From a virus (Duplodnaviria > Caudoviricetes), in the IMG/VR virus record IMGVR_UViG_3300011438_000026, positions 1 through 37,207 of that record: a stretch of DNA of 37,207 bases. One strand, written 5' to 3'. Positions 25,849 through 33,584 of this stretch are shown piece after piece (the stretch's first letter is position 1; every line of letters begins with the position of its first letter). Both the position numbers and the translations under genes were made by a program. The notes beneath the pieces are model-generated. The model searched no databases, was not told the DNA's origin, and worked only from the letters and a program-made list of their open reading frames with translations.

Positions 25849-27330
25849 ATGCAACCGACAACCAGAGAAACTCCATCCAAGCCGGGCGAAGCAGCGCCGT
25901 TCAGCGAGAAGGCGTTCTGGCTATTGCGCACCCATGGCTGGGACATGCGGGCCAACAGCGTGGTGATGCTGTACGAGCCGAGCGCCAACTGCCTGGTGGG
26001 GTTCGAAGCCTTCAAGATGGAATACATGTCCTGGTCCGAGGAGGAGAAGCACAAGGAACGGGGCAAGCCGGTTCGCATTTTCGCCACCGCGGCCTGGGCG
26101 ATGAACGCCAAGCGGCTGTCCGTGGCCGGGGTGCGGATGCGGCCGGACAAGAACTTTCCGCTCTACGCCGAGGGCGAGGAAGTGTTCAAGAACACCTACC
26201 GCCGGCCGCAGCATCTGGCGACCGGCGGTTGCGTCCAGCTGTGGCTGGACTTCATGGAGCATCTGATCCCAGACCAGACCGAGCGGGAGTGGTTCTACGA
26301 TTGGCTGGCACACAAGTACTGCAACCCGCACATCCCCGGCGTTGCCGTGGTCATGGTGGCGGCCGGGGTCGAGGGGCCGGTGTACGGCACCGGCCGCGGC
26401 AAGCTGAAGGAGATACTGTCCCGCTTGATGGGGCCGCGCTACGTCAAGCCGCTGGACTTCGACCTGTTTGCCGGCAAGTCCGGCCAGGCCGTGTTCACCG
26501 ACTGGGGCGCCTACGCCACGCTGGTGGTGGTGTCGGAATCCAAGGACACGATCGACAGCGGGAGATGGTCATCGCAGCGGGCAGTGTATGAGCGGCTGAA
26601 GGAGATCGTCGACCCGCGGCCCGTTCTTCGCACCTTCACCTCGAAAGGCCGGCCGGCATTCGAGGCGATCTCGTCGGCCAGCTACCTGGTGTTCTCCAAC
26701 AACTTCGACCCATTGCAGATCCCGGAGAATGACCGCCGGGTGACCGCCATCGCCAATGGCGCGCAGATGACGCCGGAGATGGCGCAGGCGCTGGACGAGT
26801 GGATGGAGAACCCCGCCAATATCGCCGAGCTTGGCCGCTGGCTCGAATCCAGCGACCTGGCGGCCTTCGACCCCTACGCACCCTTGAAAACGCTCACCAA
26901 GACCCGCATGCAGGCGATGAGCCGCAGCGAGTTCGACGACGCCCTGGCCGATGTGCGCCGGGTCGTCGGCGCGACCGGCTTATTCACCCGGCCGCAGATC
27001 CAAGCCGCGGTAGCGCAGATCATGGACGGTGGCGATGGCGCCAACCTCACCGGCATGATCCGCTCCCAGGTGCGGCGAGCCACTACCGAGGTGCCAAGCG
27101 ACATCGACATCAAGGTGGAACTACCCGGCCAGGGCCGGCAGCGGGTTTACTGCTGGATCGGCTACGCCGGGCCGAAGCTTGGCAGCAAGGGCGCGGCCAT
27201 GGAGTTGATCAAGGCGACCGAGCGAAGGCTGAAAACGGGCGAGCCAGGTTCCGCCGAGGATATGGCCGCGGAGATGCGGCGGGCAGGCTTCGGCACGGCC
27301 GGCGGGGCTGAAGATTCGGGGGAGAAGTAG
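25849..27330 (+). CDS. Primase-associated SF3/D5-like helicase (DUF5906-type)
   Basis: WLDFMEHLIPD..EREWFYDWLA, Walker A-like YGTGRGKL, LVVVSE, LVFSNNFDPLQIPENDRR (sensor and Arg finger); GGGAGG RBS. Confidence 0.8.
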   Translation: MQPTTRETPSKPGEAAPFSEKAFWLLRTHGWDMRANSVVMLYEPSANCLVGFEAFKMEYMSWSEEEKHKERGKPVRIFATAAWAMNAKRLSVAGVRMRPDKNFPLYAEGEEVFKNTYRRPQHLATGGCVQLWLDFMEHLIPDQTEREWFYDWLAHKYCNPHIPGVAVVMVAAGVEGPVYGTGRGKLKEILSRLMGPRYVKPLDFDLFAGKSGQAVFTDWGAYATLVVVSESKDTIDSGRWSSQRAVYERLKEIVDPRPVLRTFTSKGRPAFEAISSASYLVFSNNFDPLQIPENDRRVTAIANGAQMTPEMAQALDEWMENPANIAELGRWLESSDLAAFDPYAPLKTLTKTRMQAMSRSEFDDALADVRRVVGATGLFTRPQIQAAVAQIMDGGDGANLTGMIRSQVRRATTEVPSDIDIKVELPGQGRQRVYCWIGYAGPKLGSKGAAMELIKATERRLKTGEPGSAEDMAAEMRRAGFGTAGGAEDSGEK

Positions 27331-27365
27331 CGCGGCTGCCGCGAGGCCGGGCCGGGCGGACCCTG

Positions 27366-27570
27366 TTTGTGTTTGGGTCTGGTTTGTGTCTGGATTTGTG
27401 TCTTCGAAAAAGTTTAATGATACCAATGGTATATACCATATATAGACACATAAACACATATATATGATATATGTGGTGTATACATGTATATGTGTGTGTA
27501 TTGGCATTGTAGCCGTGTGCGCGCCAGCCACCGCGACTAAAAACGTTTGTGTCTGGTGTTTCGTGTCGGG
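27366..27570. other. Putative replication origin (iterons plus AT-rich palindromic core)
   Basis: TTTGTGTCTGG-like repeats at 27372, 27383, 27395, 27546 and 27560, inverted AGACACA at 27444; AT-rich core with several palindromes; directly downstream of primase/helicase between convergent operons. Confidence 0.65.
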
Positions 27571-27636
27571 ATCCGGGCGGCCATCCGGCCGGCCTATCTC
27601 CCGGCCAGGCGCATTCCTGGCCGGCCTCGCGCGCTA

Positions 27637-27804
27637 TCAGATGTTGCAGATGTCGCCGATGATTTTACAGCGGAGCATCTGCAACTGGTGTTCCGTTGGC
27701 GGTGGTGGTTTAGGCTTCGATGCCGGCGAGCCATAGTGCAAGGCTGCGCCATAGGCGAGTACCACGGCAATCAAGGCTGCGGCATTGAGCAGGCGCTGTC
27801 TCAT
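27637..27804 (-). CDS. 55-aa putative membrane protein (not in the ORF track)
   Basis: ATGA overlap with the HTH gene; MRQRLLNAAALIAVVLAYGAALHYGSPASKPKPPPPTEHQLQMLRCKIIGDICNI. Confidence 0.55.
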   Translation of the reverse strand: MRQRLLNAAALIAVVLAYGAALHYGSPASKPKPPPPTEHQLQMLRCKIIGDICNI

Positions 27805-27992
27805 TGGCGATGCTCCTCCGGGACGCCGAATTTCTCGTACATGTCCATGAGCCTGGCGACGACTTCGGGCACGTCCGAGCTACCGTCCGCCATGCGGTAG
27901 ATGGTTGATCTGCCCATGCCTAGGATTTTATGTGCGGTGCTGATGTTGTACCCCAGGGCTGCCAAGCCCTCGATTAGGCGTTCCTTGGTCAC
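27801..27992 (-). CDS. Small HTH DNA-binding protein
   Basis: LGYNISTAHKILGMGRSTIYRMADG HTH pattern. Confidence 0.75.
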   Translation of the reverse strand: MTKERLIEGLAALGYNISTAHKILGMGRSTIYRMADGSSDVPEVVARLMDMYEKFGVPEEHRQ

Positions 27993-28339
27993 GGCTTCAC
28001 CCCCTGGCCCCTATCTGGGCGGTGTCGACCTTTGATCAGCCGTTTGATTTGGCGGGCTTCCTGGGGATTTATTGGCTGGCCATGCCGGCCGGATGCGGCA
28101 ATCGCCCGGTCGATTGCCAAGTCTTGGGGTGACGGCTTGGGTTTAGATTTCAGATAAAATTGATCTTCCCGGCCGTTCATGGTCACGCCATCGGTCCAGG
28201 TCAGGCCCCAATAGCAATCGTTTACTGTGCAGTGAACGAGCCACTGCCCTACGCTGTCATGCACCACGCGATAGATATCGCTGGCCCAATGCACGGTATC
28301 GCCGCGGAGTACCGCGGCCTTGATTTGTTCAAGTGTCAT
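27989..28339 (-). CDS. Phage hypothetical protein (early region)
   Basis: AGGAAAG RBS then ATG at 28339: MTLEQIKAAVLRGDTVHWASDIYRVVHD. Confidence 0.7.
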   Translation of the reverse strand: MTLEQIKAAVLRGDTVHWASDIYRVVHDSVGQWLVHCTVNDCYWGLTWTDGVTMNGREDQFYLKSKPKPSPQDLAIDRAIAASGRHGQPINPQEARQIKRLIKGRHRPDRGQGVKP

Positions 28340-28352
28340 GATCTTTCCTGTT

Positions 28353-28414
28353 CTGTTTTCGGCATGATTGCCGCTCATGCCGCGGGCACTTGCCCGCGGC
28401 ATGCACTGCGATCA
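28353..28414 (-). ncRNA. Structured intergenic RNA element, copy A
   Basis: 62 nt starting at the upstream gene's TGA; 13-bp inner inverted repeat; 22-nt block identical to copy B. Confidence 0.65.
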
Positions 28415-28582
28415 AACCTCTTCGATTGCGATGCTATCGCCAGGGTTTAGCGTCCATTCACCGATCATGCGGATTAGTGCGTTGCCTATGACGGCGCTTT
28501 GATCCTGATCTTCGCGCGCATCGATCCGCTGGCGGTCCAACTCTCCGCCATGGTCACCACGCAACACGGCATAGACGCTCAT
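28412..28582 (-). CDS. Small hypothetical protein (early region)
   Basis: MSVYAVLRGDHGGELD...; start at 28582 or 28594; fits the operon. Confidence 0.55.
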   Translation of the reverse strand: MSVYAVLRGDHGGELDRQRIDAREDQDQSAVIGNALIRMIGEWTLNPGDSIAIEEV

Positions 28583-28598
28583 ATGGTTTCTCATGTTC

Positions 28599-28841
28599 TC
28601 ACACTGCTTCCAGATGGATTCGATCTTCGCGGACCAAGTTGCAGTCCAGCACGTTGCTAGGTTTGCTGCCCTTGTCCCATTTCACTGTGACCATGTGGAC
28701 TCCTTCGCGGAGCGGCTTGCTCTGCAACACGACTTCGCCGCGGGCGAACGGTGCCCATCCGGTGAATTGCCCGGTATTGCGGAGAAACTCCCGCGAGTAT
28801 GTCACGCGCGCTCCAATGGTTATTTGTCGGTCTGTTTTCAT
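28599..28841 (-). CDS. Small hypothetical protein, possibly SH3-like barrel
   Basis: GAAAGGA RBS then ATG at 28841; ITIGARVTYS..RGEVV..VTVKWD..NL. Confidence 0.6.
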   Translation of the reverse strand: MKTDRQITIGARVTYSREFLRNTGQFTGWAPFARGEVVLQSKPLREGVHMVTVKWDKGSKPSNVLDCNLVREDRIHLEAV

Positions 28842-28843
28842 GG

Positions 28844-29038
28844 TTAGAATCCTTTCCATTCGGCTTGTGCTTCTAGCGGGATGACTGTCATCGAATCGCA
28901 ATCCACGGGTTCGCGAGCGATGTATTCTTCAACTGCGTCGCGGGTTCGAAATGGACCTAACGCGCGGTAACCATCGCGGGGATTGCCAACTAAGATAATC
29001 TGCAATCCGCCGTCTGGTTTATGAATAGAAGACGCCAT
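28844..29038 (-). CDS. Small hypothetical protein (early region)
   Basis: AGGAAAGG RBS then ATG at 29038; IILVGNPRDGYRALGPF. Confidence 0.6.
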   Translation of the reverse strand: MASSIHKPDGGLQIILVGNPRDGYRALGPFRTRDAVEEYIAREPVDCDSMTVIPLEAQAEWKGF

Positions 29039-29051
29039 GTTTTGACCTTTC

Positions 29052-29113
29052 CTGTTTTCGGCATGATTGCCGCATATGCCGTGCGATTGCTCGCACGGCA
29101 TAAGCTGCAATCA
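29052..29113 (-). ncRNA. Structured intergenic RNA element, copy B
   Basis: 62 nt starting at the upstream gene's TGA; 12-bp inner stem with a GCAA tetraloop on the minus strand; compensatory changes relative to copy A. Confidence 0.65.
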
Positions 29114-29929
29114 TCCCACCACGAATCCGCTTTGATCCTTTTTGCCCAAACCCTTGGCATAGAGCGCAACCGCGCTTGATGCCGGATCGATATGGCGCAC
29201 GTCTGTATCGTCGCCATCCACCACGGGAAGCCCGCGGAAGGATTCGCCATTGGCCAGCATGGAATTGACCATTGCGCGATTGCGGAAAACCACGGCCAAT
29301 CGCATGCCTGCCGCGATTGCCAAGTCGACTTGTTTTTGAAAATCAGGAACGCCGGAATAGCTAAACGTCAAATCGTAGTTTGATGGTACGTTTTTGCGAT
29401 TGGCGAGCTTGGTATAATCGTAGAATTGCACATTGGGATAGGCTTGCATGATGCCGTAATTTTCCCAACGCAGATCGCTAGTCCCGTTCAAGCGAACTAA
29501 CAAAACGAAACCTTGTTTTGCCGCGCGCTTTTCAAACAACGCTACTTCCGCCTTGATCATGGCAATGCATTCGTCTTTGAATTGCAGAAAGAATAGGGTT
29601 TTGCGCAAGCGCGACATTTCAACGGATTTCATCGCGCCGCGGCCAGCCGATTTCAGGCAAGGTTCAAAACACTTAGCTAACAAAGCATTGGCGCAAACAT
29701 TGACGCCCGACATTGTGTATGGGGCCAAATATAGAATTGCGGTTTTAAACCCAAGCTTATTGCCCTTGATTACTTTTGTTGAACCATCAAGGCGCAACAT
29801 GGCGTCGGGTTTTTGTGAAAACCATTTGGTATATTTGGCCGATGCTAGGATTGCCGCGCGCGTTTCTGGCGCAATACGCGATAAATCGTAAATGATGGTT
29901 TCAGCGGAATATTTCATGTTATTCACCAT
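29111..29929 (-). CDS. GP88-like phage protein (three-Cys motif, possibly radical-SAM-like)
   Basis: ILYLAP..NVC(x7)C(x3)CL..AGRG, VRLNGTSD, FYDYTK, NYDLTFS, VDGDDTDVR, KG..KKDQSGFV; start at 29929 or 29917; low GC. Confidence 0.7.
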   Translation of the reverse strand: MVNNMKYSAETIIYDLSRIAPETRAAILASAKYTKWFSQKPDAMLRLDGSTKVIKGNKLGFKTAILYLAPYTMSGVNVCANALLAKCFEPCLKSAGRGAMKSVEMSRLRKTLFFLQFKDECIAMIKAEVALFEKRAAKQGFVLLVRLNGTSDLRWENYGIMQAYPNVQFYDYTKLANRKNVPSNYDLTFSYSGVPDFQKQVDLAIAAGMRLAVVFRNRAMVNSMLANGESFRGLPVVDGDDTDVRHIDPASSAVALYAKGLGKKDQSGFVVG

Positions 29930-30123
29930 CCCGCTTTTTGCGCGCGACGCTTTGCGCCGATATAGCCCGCAACGAAAGCTTCTCTTTCGTTTTCTGCCGC
30001 GTACAATTTGCGCGCGTGGCGAATGACATGGGCCATGTCAATGCCGCTGCCGTTGACGTTAAAGGCGGCGATGCCGCTTTGATGTGCGTCAACAAGTTTC
30101 GCTTCGGTTATTTCGCTGATCAT
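29923..30123 (-). CDS. Small hypothetical protein, first gene of the early-type operon
   Basis: 66 aa, EREAFVAGY motif; directly downstream of a promoter-like sequence. Confidence 0.6.
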   Translation of the reverse strand: MISEITEAKLVDAHQSGIAAFNVNGSGIDMAHVIRHARKLYAAENEREAFVAGYIGAKRRAQKAGW

Positions 30124-30162
30124 GTCTTTTCGCTTTCTGTTATGTTCGTTTCAACAATCGTG

Positions 30163-30190
30163 ATATTATCCCGATCGGGACAATATGCAA
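30163..30190 (-). promoter_or_regulatory. Sigma70-like promoter overlapped by a 24-bp palindromic operator
   Basis: Minus strand TTGCAT-16 nt-TAATAT; ATATT(A)TCCCGATCGGGA(C)AATAT at 30163-30186 is palindromic with one mismatch. Confidence 0.65.
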
Positions 30191-30221
30191 TCCCTATTCT
30201 CAAATTAGTTGAGGCGATTTT

Positions 30222-30566
30222 TTGGACAAAAAGAAAAAGCGCGACGCGCGGCCGCAATCAGGCAATGCAGCATGGCGCGCGGCCGCATTGCGCCAGCGAT
30301 TTACTAAGGGGCGAACAAATCGAAGGATATGCAAGGCAATCGCGCGCCATAGTGGCGCGCCATGTGGCCAATTGGCGATGAAAGGTGTTTCAGTATGCCG
30401 GTATCATGGGGGTAACATGTTGCAAGCTCGCAATCGATCAATCGAGGTAAAGCGCAATGCCAAGCGAAAAGGTGACGCGACTAGATACGAGGCAAGGCGG
30501 TTTAAGCAATCAAAGCGAAGCACCACTAAAAGCGATAGTGCGTCATGCCCTATTGCAGATTCTTAA
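30222..30566 (+). CDS. Basic protein with an HGGxSTG-like Zn-binding domain
   Basis: CKAIARHSGAPCGQLAMKGVSVCRYHGG; TTG start after GAGG, start uncertain. Confidence 0.65.
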   Translation: MDKKKKRDARPQSGNAAWRAAALRQRFTKGRTNRRICKAIARHSGAPCGQLAMKGVSVCRYHGGNMLQARNRSIEVKRNAKRKGDATRYEARRFKQSKRSTTKSDSASCPIADS

Positions 30567-30741
30567 AGACAGCGAAGCATCGGCGGCAGCGAAAGCATCG
30601 GCCGGCCGCACGTTGCTGCAATACTTCTCAGAGGAAAGCGCAACGCAACGCCGCGGCGCTGACATGACGGCCGCTGAGTTGGAACGCGCAATCGCATCCC
30701 ACGCGCATCCCAGCGACGCGGCAGACGATAGCGACACGTAG
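30457..30741 (+). CDS. Hypothetical helical protein, candidate terminase small subunit
   Basis: GAGG RBS; ALLQILKDSEASAAAKASAGRTLLQY and DMTAAELE resemble TerS-like helical proteins; adjacent to a terminus-like region. Confidence 0.4.
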   Translation: MPSEKVTRLDTRQGGLSNQSEAPLKAIVRHALLQILKDSEASAAAKASAGRTLLQYFSEESATQRRGADMTAAELERAIASHAHPSDAADDSDT

Positions 30742-30744
30742 CAA

Positions 30745-30757
30745 TATCAATGGGTTA
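30745..30757 (+). promoter_or_regulatory. IHF-binding consensus site
   Basis: TATCAATGGGTTA matches WATCAANNNNTTR exactly; intergenic. Confidence 0.55.
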
Positions 30758-30919
30758 GCATGGCAATACCATCTGTCTGCCAAACAGATGCCGCGCGCAC
30801 TTGTGTGGTGAAGCGCGACGACCCACTAGCTATAGCGTGCCGCCCCCTGGCGGGGGCCGATCGACGGATCGCGCGGGGGCGCAATGCTACGTGGCAAAAT
30901 TTTTGGTTCGTGAAGCTGA

Positions 30920-30968
30920 TTGTTACTTGTTAGTTTGTTAGTTGTTACTTGTTACTTGTTACTTGTTG
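30920..30968. repeat. Tandem heptamer array TTGTTA(C/G), six full copies plus one partial
   Basis: TTGTTAC TTGTTAG T TTGTTAG TTGTTAC TTGTTAC TTGTTAC TTGTTG. Confidence 0.9.
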
Positions 30969-31139
30969 TAAACACTCATGCGTCTTGGTCCCGGCCGGCA
31001 ATCCCTGACAACCGAACGCTGTCATCACCGGCTTGCCTTGCGCTGCCTGCTTGCGCGCCTCTGCGCAATCGGCGCGGTGCGCCAGCACGGCGCCGTCTTC
31101 GATCGTGAAGGCGTAGTCGCGTTCTTCGCGGTCGTTCAT
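30945..31139 (-). CDS. Small hypothetical protein
   Basis: ATGA-coupled 64 aa ORF with HxxxC / HxC; its 3' end runs into the heptamer array. Confidence 0.5.
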   Translation of the reverse strand: MNDREERDYAFTIEDGAVLAHRADCAEARKQAAQGKPVMTAFGCQGLPAGTKTHECLQQVTSNK

Positions 31140-31669
31140 GGCGCGTCCAATGCGCGGATGAACTCCTCGACCCAGCGATCCTCGACCCAGATGCCGGTCA
31201 CGCCCGATGCCACGCCCGCCGCGCGCAGCATTTCTTGCCTGCGCGAGTCTGCGATCGGCAACGGCTCGGCCGGCGCTTCCGGCGGCAGCTCAAGATCAGC
31301 CAGCTTCGCCTGCAAGCCTTTGTTGATGTGCTGCGGCGAGGCCATGGGGTCGTTATCGTCGACCACTGCGCCGCTGCGATCGACCACGCAGCGGTTTTTC
31401 CAGTACGCCAGCGGCGTCCGGTCGATCGCCGCCTTCGGCACCTGCATCTGATGCACCGACAGGTCGCAAGACTGATCGTCGCTGTTGATGTGGATCCGCC
31501 GCGCGCCCCGCCGCAGGTAGATCCGCCCGGCCTCGGTCAGGCCAAGGTAGCCCCAGTCGTTGCTGGCGTAGCCGGCCTCGATCAGCTCGCGCGCCACGCT
31601 GTGCATCGTGTTGAAGCGCGCGCCGCTTTCGAGCTGCGCCAGCGCCTCGGTCGCCCGGTCGGAAATCAT
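31136..31669 (-). CDS. Hypothetical protein with possible N-terminal winged helix
   Basis: GGGGAAG RBS; ARELIEAGYA..LTEAGRIYL pattern. Confidence 0.6.
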   Translation of the reverse strand: MISDRATEALAQLESGARFNTMHSVARELIEAGYASNDWGYLGLTEAGRIYLRRGARRIHINSDDQSCDLSVHQMQVPKAAIDRTPLAYWKNRCVVDRSGAVVDDNDPMASPQHINKGLQAKLADLELPPEAPAEPLPIADSRRQEMLRAAGVASGVTGIWVEDRWVEEFIRALDAP

Positions 31670-31723
31670 CTTGCTTCCCCTTTTTGTGGTTCAATGCGAT
31701 AAATACCAGGGAGGAGACGCTTC

Positions 31724-33115
31724 ATGGCAGCGATCGTCCGGCCCAAGCAACCAATTTTGTTCTCCGACCGCCCGCGCGGCGTCGTCACCGCCGATTTGCT
31801 CGACGCGCAGATCCACAACTTGGTCGAGGCCATCCACTCAACGCAGCAGGCCCTGGAAGATATCCGCCGCGACGACGGCAAGCTGAAAAATAACATCATC
31901 GGCCGCGATCAGCTGGTCACCGAGCTAAAGCACAGCCGGCAAGAGATCGATTCGGTCGAGCAGCGCACCCACGCGGCCGCCCAAGCCACCATCGATGCCG
32001 CCGCCAGGACCGTCAATACCATCCGCGACGTCGACCTGCGCGCTCGCGACGCCGAGGCCGCGGCTATCTCAGCCGCGAGCATGCTGTCGGCGATCTCACA
32101 CGGCAACGTCAACGCGCTCGACAGTGCCTCTGACGCGGAAAACTCCGCCGATCGAGCCGAATCCGCGGCGATCTCCTCGGAAAATTGGGCCAATCACAGT
32201 TTGGCCAACTCCGACAACGCCATCGCCGCCAAAAACGAAGCCACGCAGTGGGCCGAATACCTCGCCGGGCCGGTTGTGAACCCGGAAATGGCGCCTGAGT
32301 ACATCTCGAAACACCCGTTTGGCCATGGTTTGTATTATCAACCGGTTGAGGGCGGCCTCGCCGGGCTTTGGTCGGCAAAATGGTGGGCGCTTTATGCCCA
32401 GCAGCTGGTCGGCCACTGGAATTTCTACTATTTGGGCGCCTGGGCGCAGCCGCCGATGCCCGGCAGCACCAATCCTGAGACGGGTTTGACCACGCCAAGC
32501 CCGCTTTTGCCCGGCAGCTTCTACTACAACACCGATGTCAACCAATTGTACATTTGGGACGGCACTCAGTGGGTCAGCCCTATCAAGTTAACGCCGGCCT
32601 ATCAGTCAAATTACGTTTACGTCGCCACCGCCGGCCAGAAAACCTTCAGCGGCGCCGATTTCCACGGCAACATTCCCTTACTCTCAGATAACGACACCGA
32701 CGTGCATCTCAACGGCATCCGATTGGTCGGCGGCACCGATTACACCGTCGATAAAGCGACTAACAGCCTCACTCTTGCTGTTGGCGCGACCGTCAACAGC
32801 ATGGTGCAGTGGGATTTGCTGGTCGAGGCCAGCCAATTAGCGCCCGGCGCCATTTCCGTGTTCAAGATCAAGATCACGCCCGTTCCCGACGGCACTAATA
32901 AGAATTTCACCATGACTTATCCGAATCCGACCCTCGGCGATCAGCCGGTCGCCGCCACGCAGGTGGCCGAGGTGGCGATCTCGATCGACGGTATCGTCCA
33001 GGAGCCGGCGGTCGACTTTTCCACGTCCGCAAACACGTTAACGTTCTCGACCGCGCCCCAGCTTGGTTGCCGAATATGGGGCACCTGGCATGCCTCGGAC
33101 ATCATCATCCCATGA
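31724..33115 (+). CDS. Tail fibre / virion structural protein
   Basis: GGGAGGAG RBS; N-terminal [18 protein letters not shown] attachment-like motif, Ala/Ser coiled coil, [17 protein letters not shown], two beta-sandwich-like repeats ([12 protein letters not shown]; [13 protein letters not shown]). Confidence 0.7.
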   Translation: MAAIVRPKQPILFSDRPRGVVTADLLDAQIHNLVEAIHSTQQALEDIRRDDGKLKNNIIGRDQLVTELKHSRQEIDSVEQRTHAAAQATIDAAARTVNTIRDVDLRARDAEAAAISAASMLSAISHGNVNALDSASDAENSADRAESAAISSENWANHSLANSDNAIAAKNEATQWAEYLAGPVVNPEMAPEYISKHPFGHGLYYQPVEGGLAGLWSAKWWALYAQQLVGHWNFYYLGAWAQPPMPGSTNPETGLTTPSPLLPGSFYYNTDVNQLYIWDGTQWVSPIKLTPAYQSNYVYVATAGQKTFSGADFHGNIPLLSDNDTDVHLNGIRLVGGTDYTVDKATNSLTLAVGATVNSMVQWDLLVEASQLAPGAISVFKIKITPVPDGTNKNFTMTYPNPTLGDQPVAATQVAEVAISIDGIVQEPAVDFSTSANTLTFSTAPQLGCRIWGTWHASDIIIP

Positions 33116-33540
33116 CCCAGAACGCCCGCGTCGCGCTATGGCTACCGACCAGTGACGACGCCGATCCGGCCGAGGCGGTCACCGCCACCGGCCCGTCTGG
33201 CCTGGGCAAGGTCATTCCTACTGCCTTCTCGGCCGCGGTCGGCCCGCCCGGCCCGCAGGGTGTGCCGGGTCCAGTTGGCCCAATCGGCCCGGTCGGCAAT
33301 GTCGGCCCGTCCGGCGGTCCCGGCCCGGCCGGCCCAACCGGCGCGCAAGGGCCACAGGGAACGCAGGGTCCAGTCGGCGCCACCGGCCCGCAGGGACCGA
33401 TCGGCTTGACCGGCGGCACTTTCCCGGACGCGCCCAATGATGGTTTGCAATACGCCCGCATGGCCAGCCCACCCGGCGGCTCGATGGTCTGGGCCACCGT
33501 CAGCTCGATGCCCGCGGTCATCGACGGCGGCACTTTCTGA
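33112..33540 (+). CDS. Collagen-like (Gly-X-Y)20 fibre protein
   Basis: 20 uninterrupted GXY triplets at 33241-33420, then [12 protein letters not shown] and IDGGTF; ATGA-coupled start at 33112. Confidence 0.8.
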   Translation: MTQNARVALWLPTSDDADPAEAVTATGPSGLGKVIPTAFSAAVGPPGPQGVPGPVGPIGPVGNVGPSGGPGPAGPTGAQGPQGTQGPVGATGPQGPIGLTGGTFPDAPNDGLQYARMASPPGGSMVWATVSSMPAVIDGGTF

Positions 33541-33584
33541 GCGTAGGCTAGCCTTCTGATTGCTGCTTGATTGCGAGGGATGCG

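Noticed and set aside
27121-27736. ORFs 27121-27531 (-), 27209-27457 (-) and 27464-27736 (+) across the AT-rich region
   Set aside because: Low-complexity translations of repeats (HTHIHVY, CICVCI); the region is better explained as non-coding origin DNA.
28353-29113. The early-region repeats as tRNAs, intrinsic terminators or IS ends
   Set aside because: No cloverleaf, no U tract on the coding strand, no transposase or target-site duplication.
28600-30600. Apparent local abundance of GANTC (CcrM) sites in the early region
   Set aside because: I could not count them reliably by eye and lower GC alone may explain it; a windowed observed/expected count is needed.
30920-30968. Heptamer array as a CRISPR array
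   Set aside because: 7-bp head-to-tail units with no spacers.
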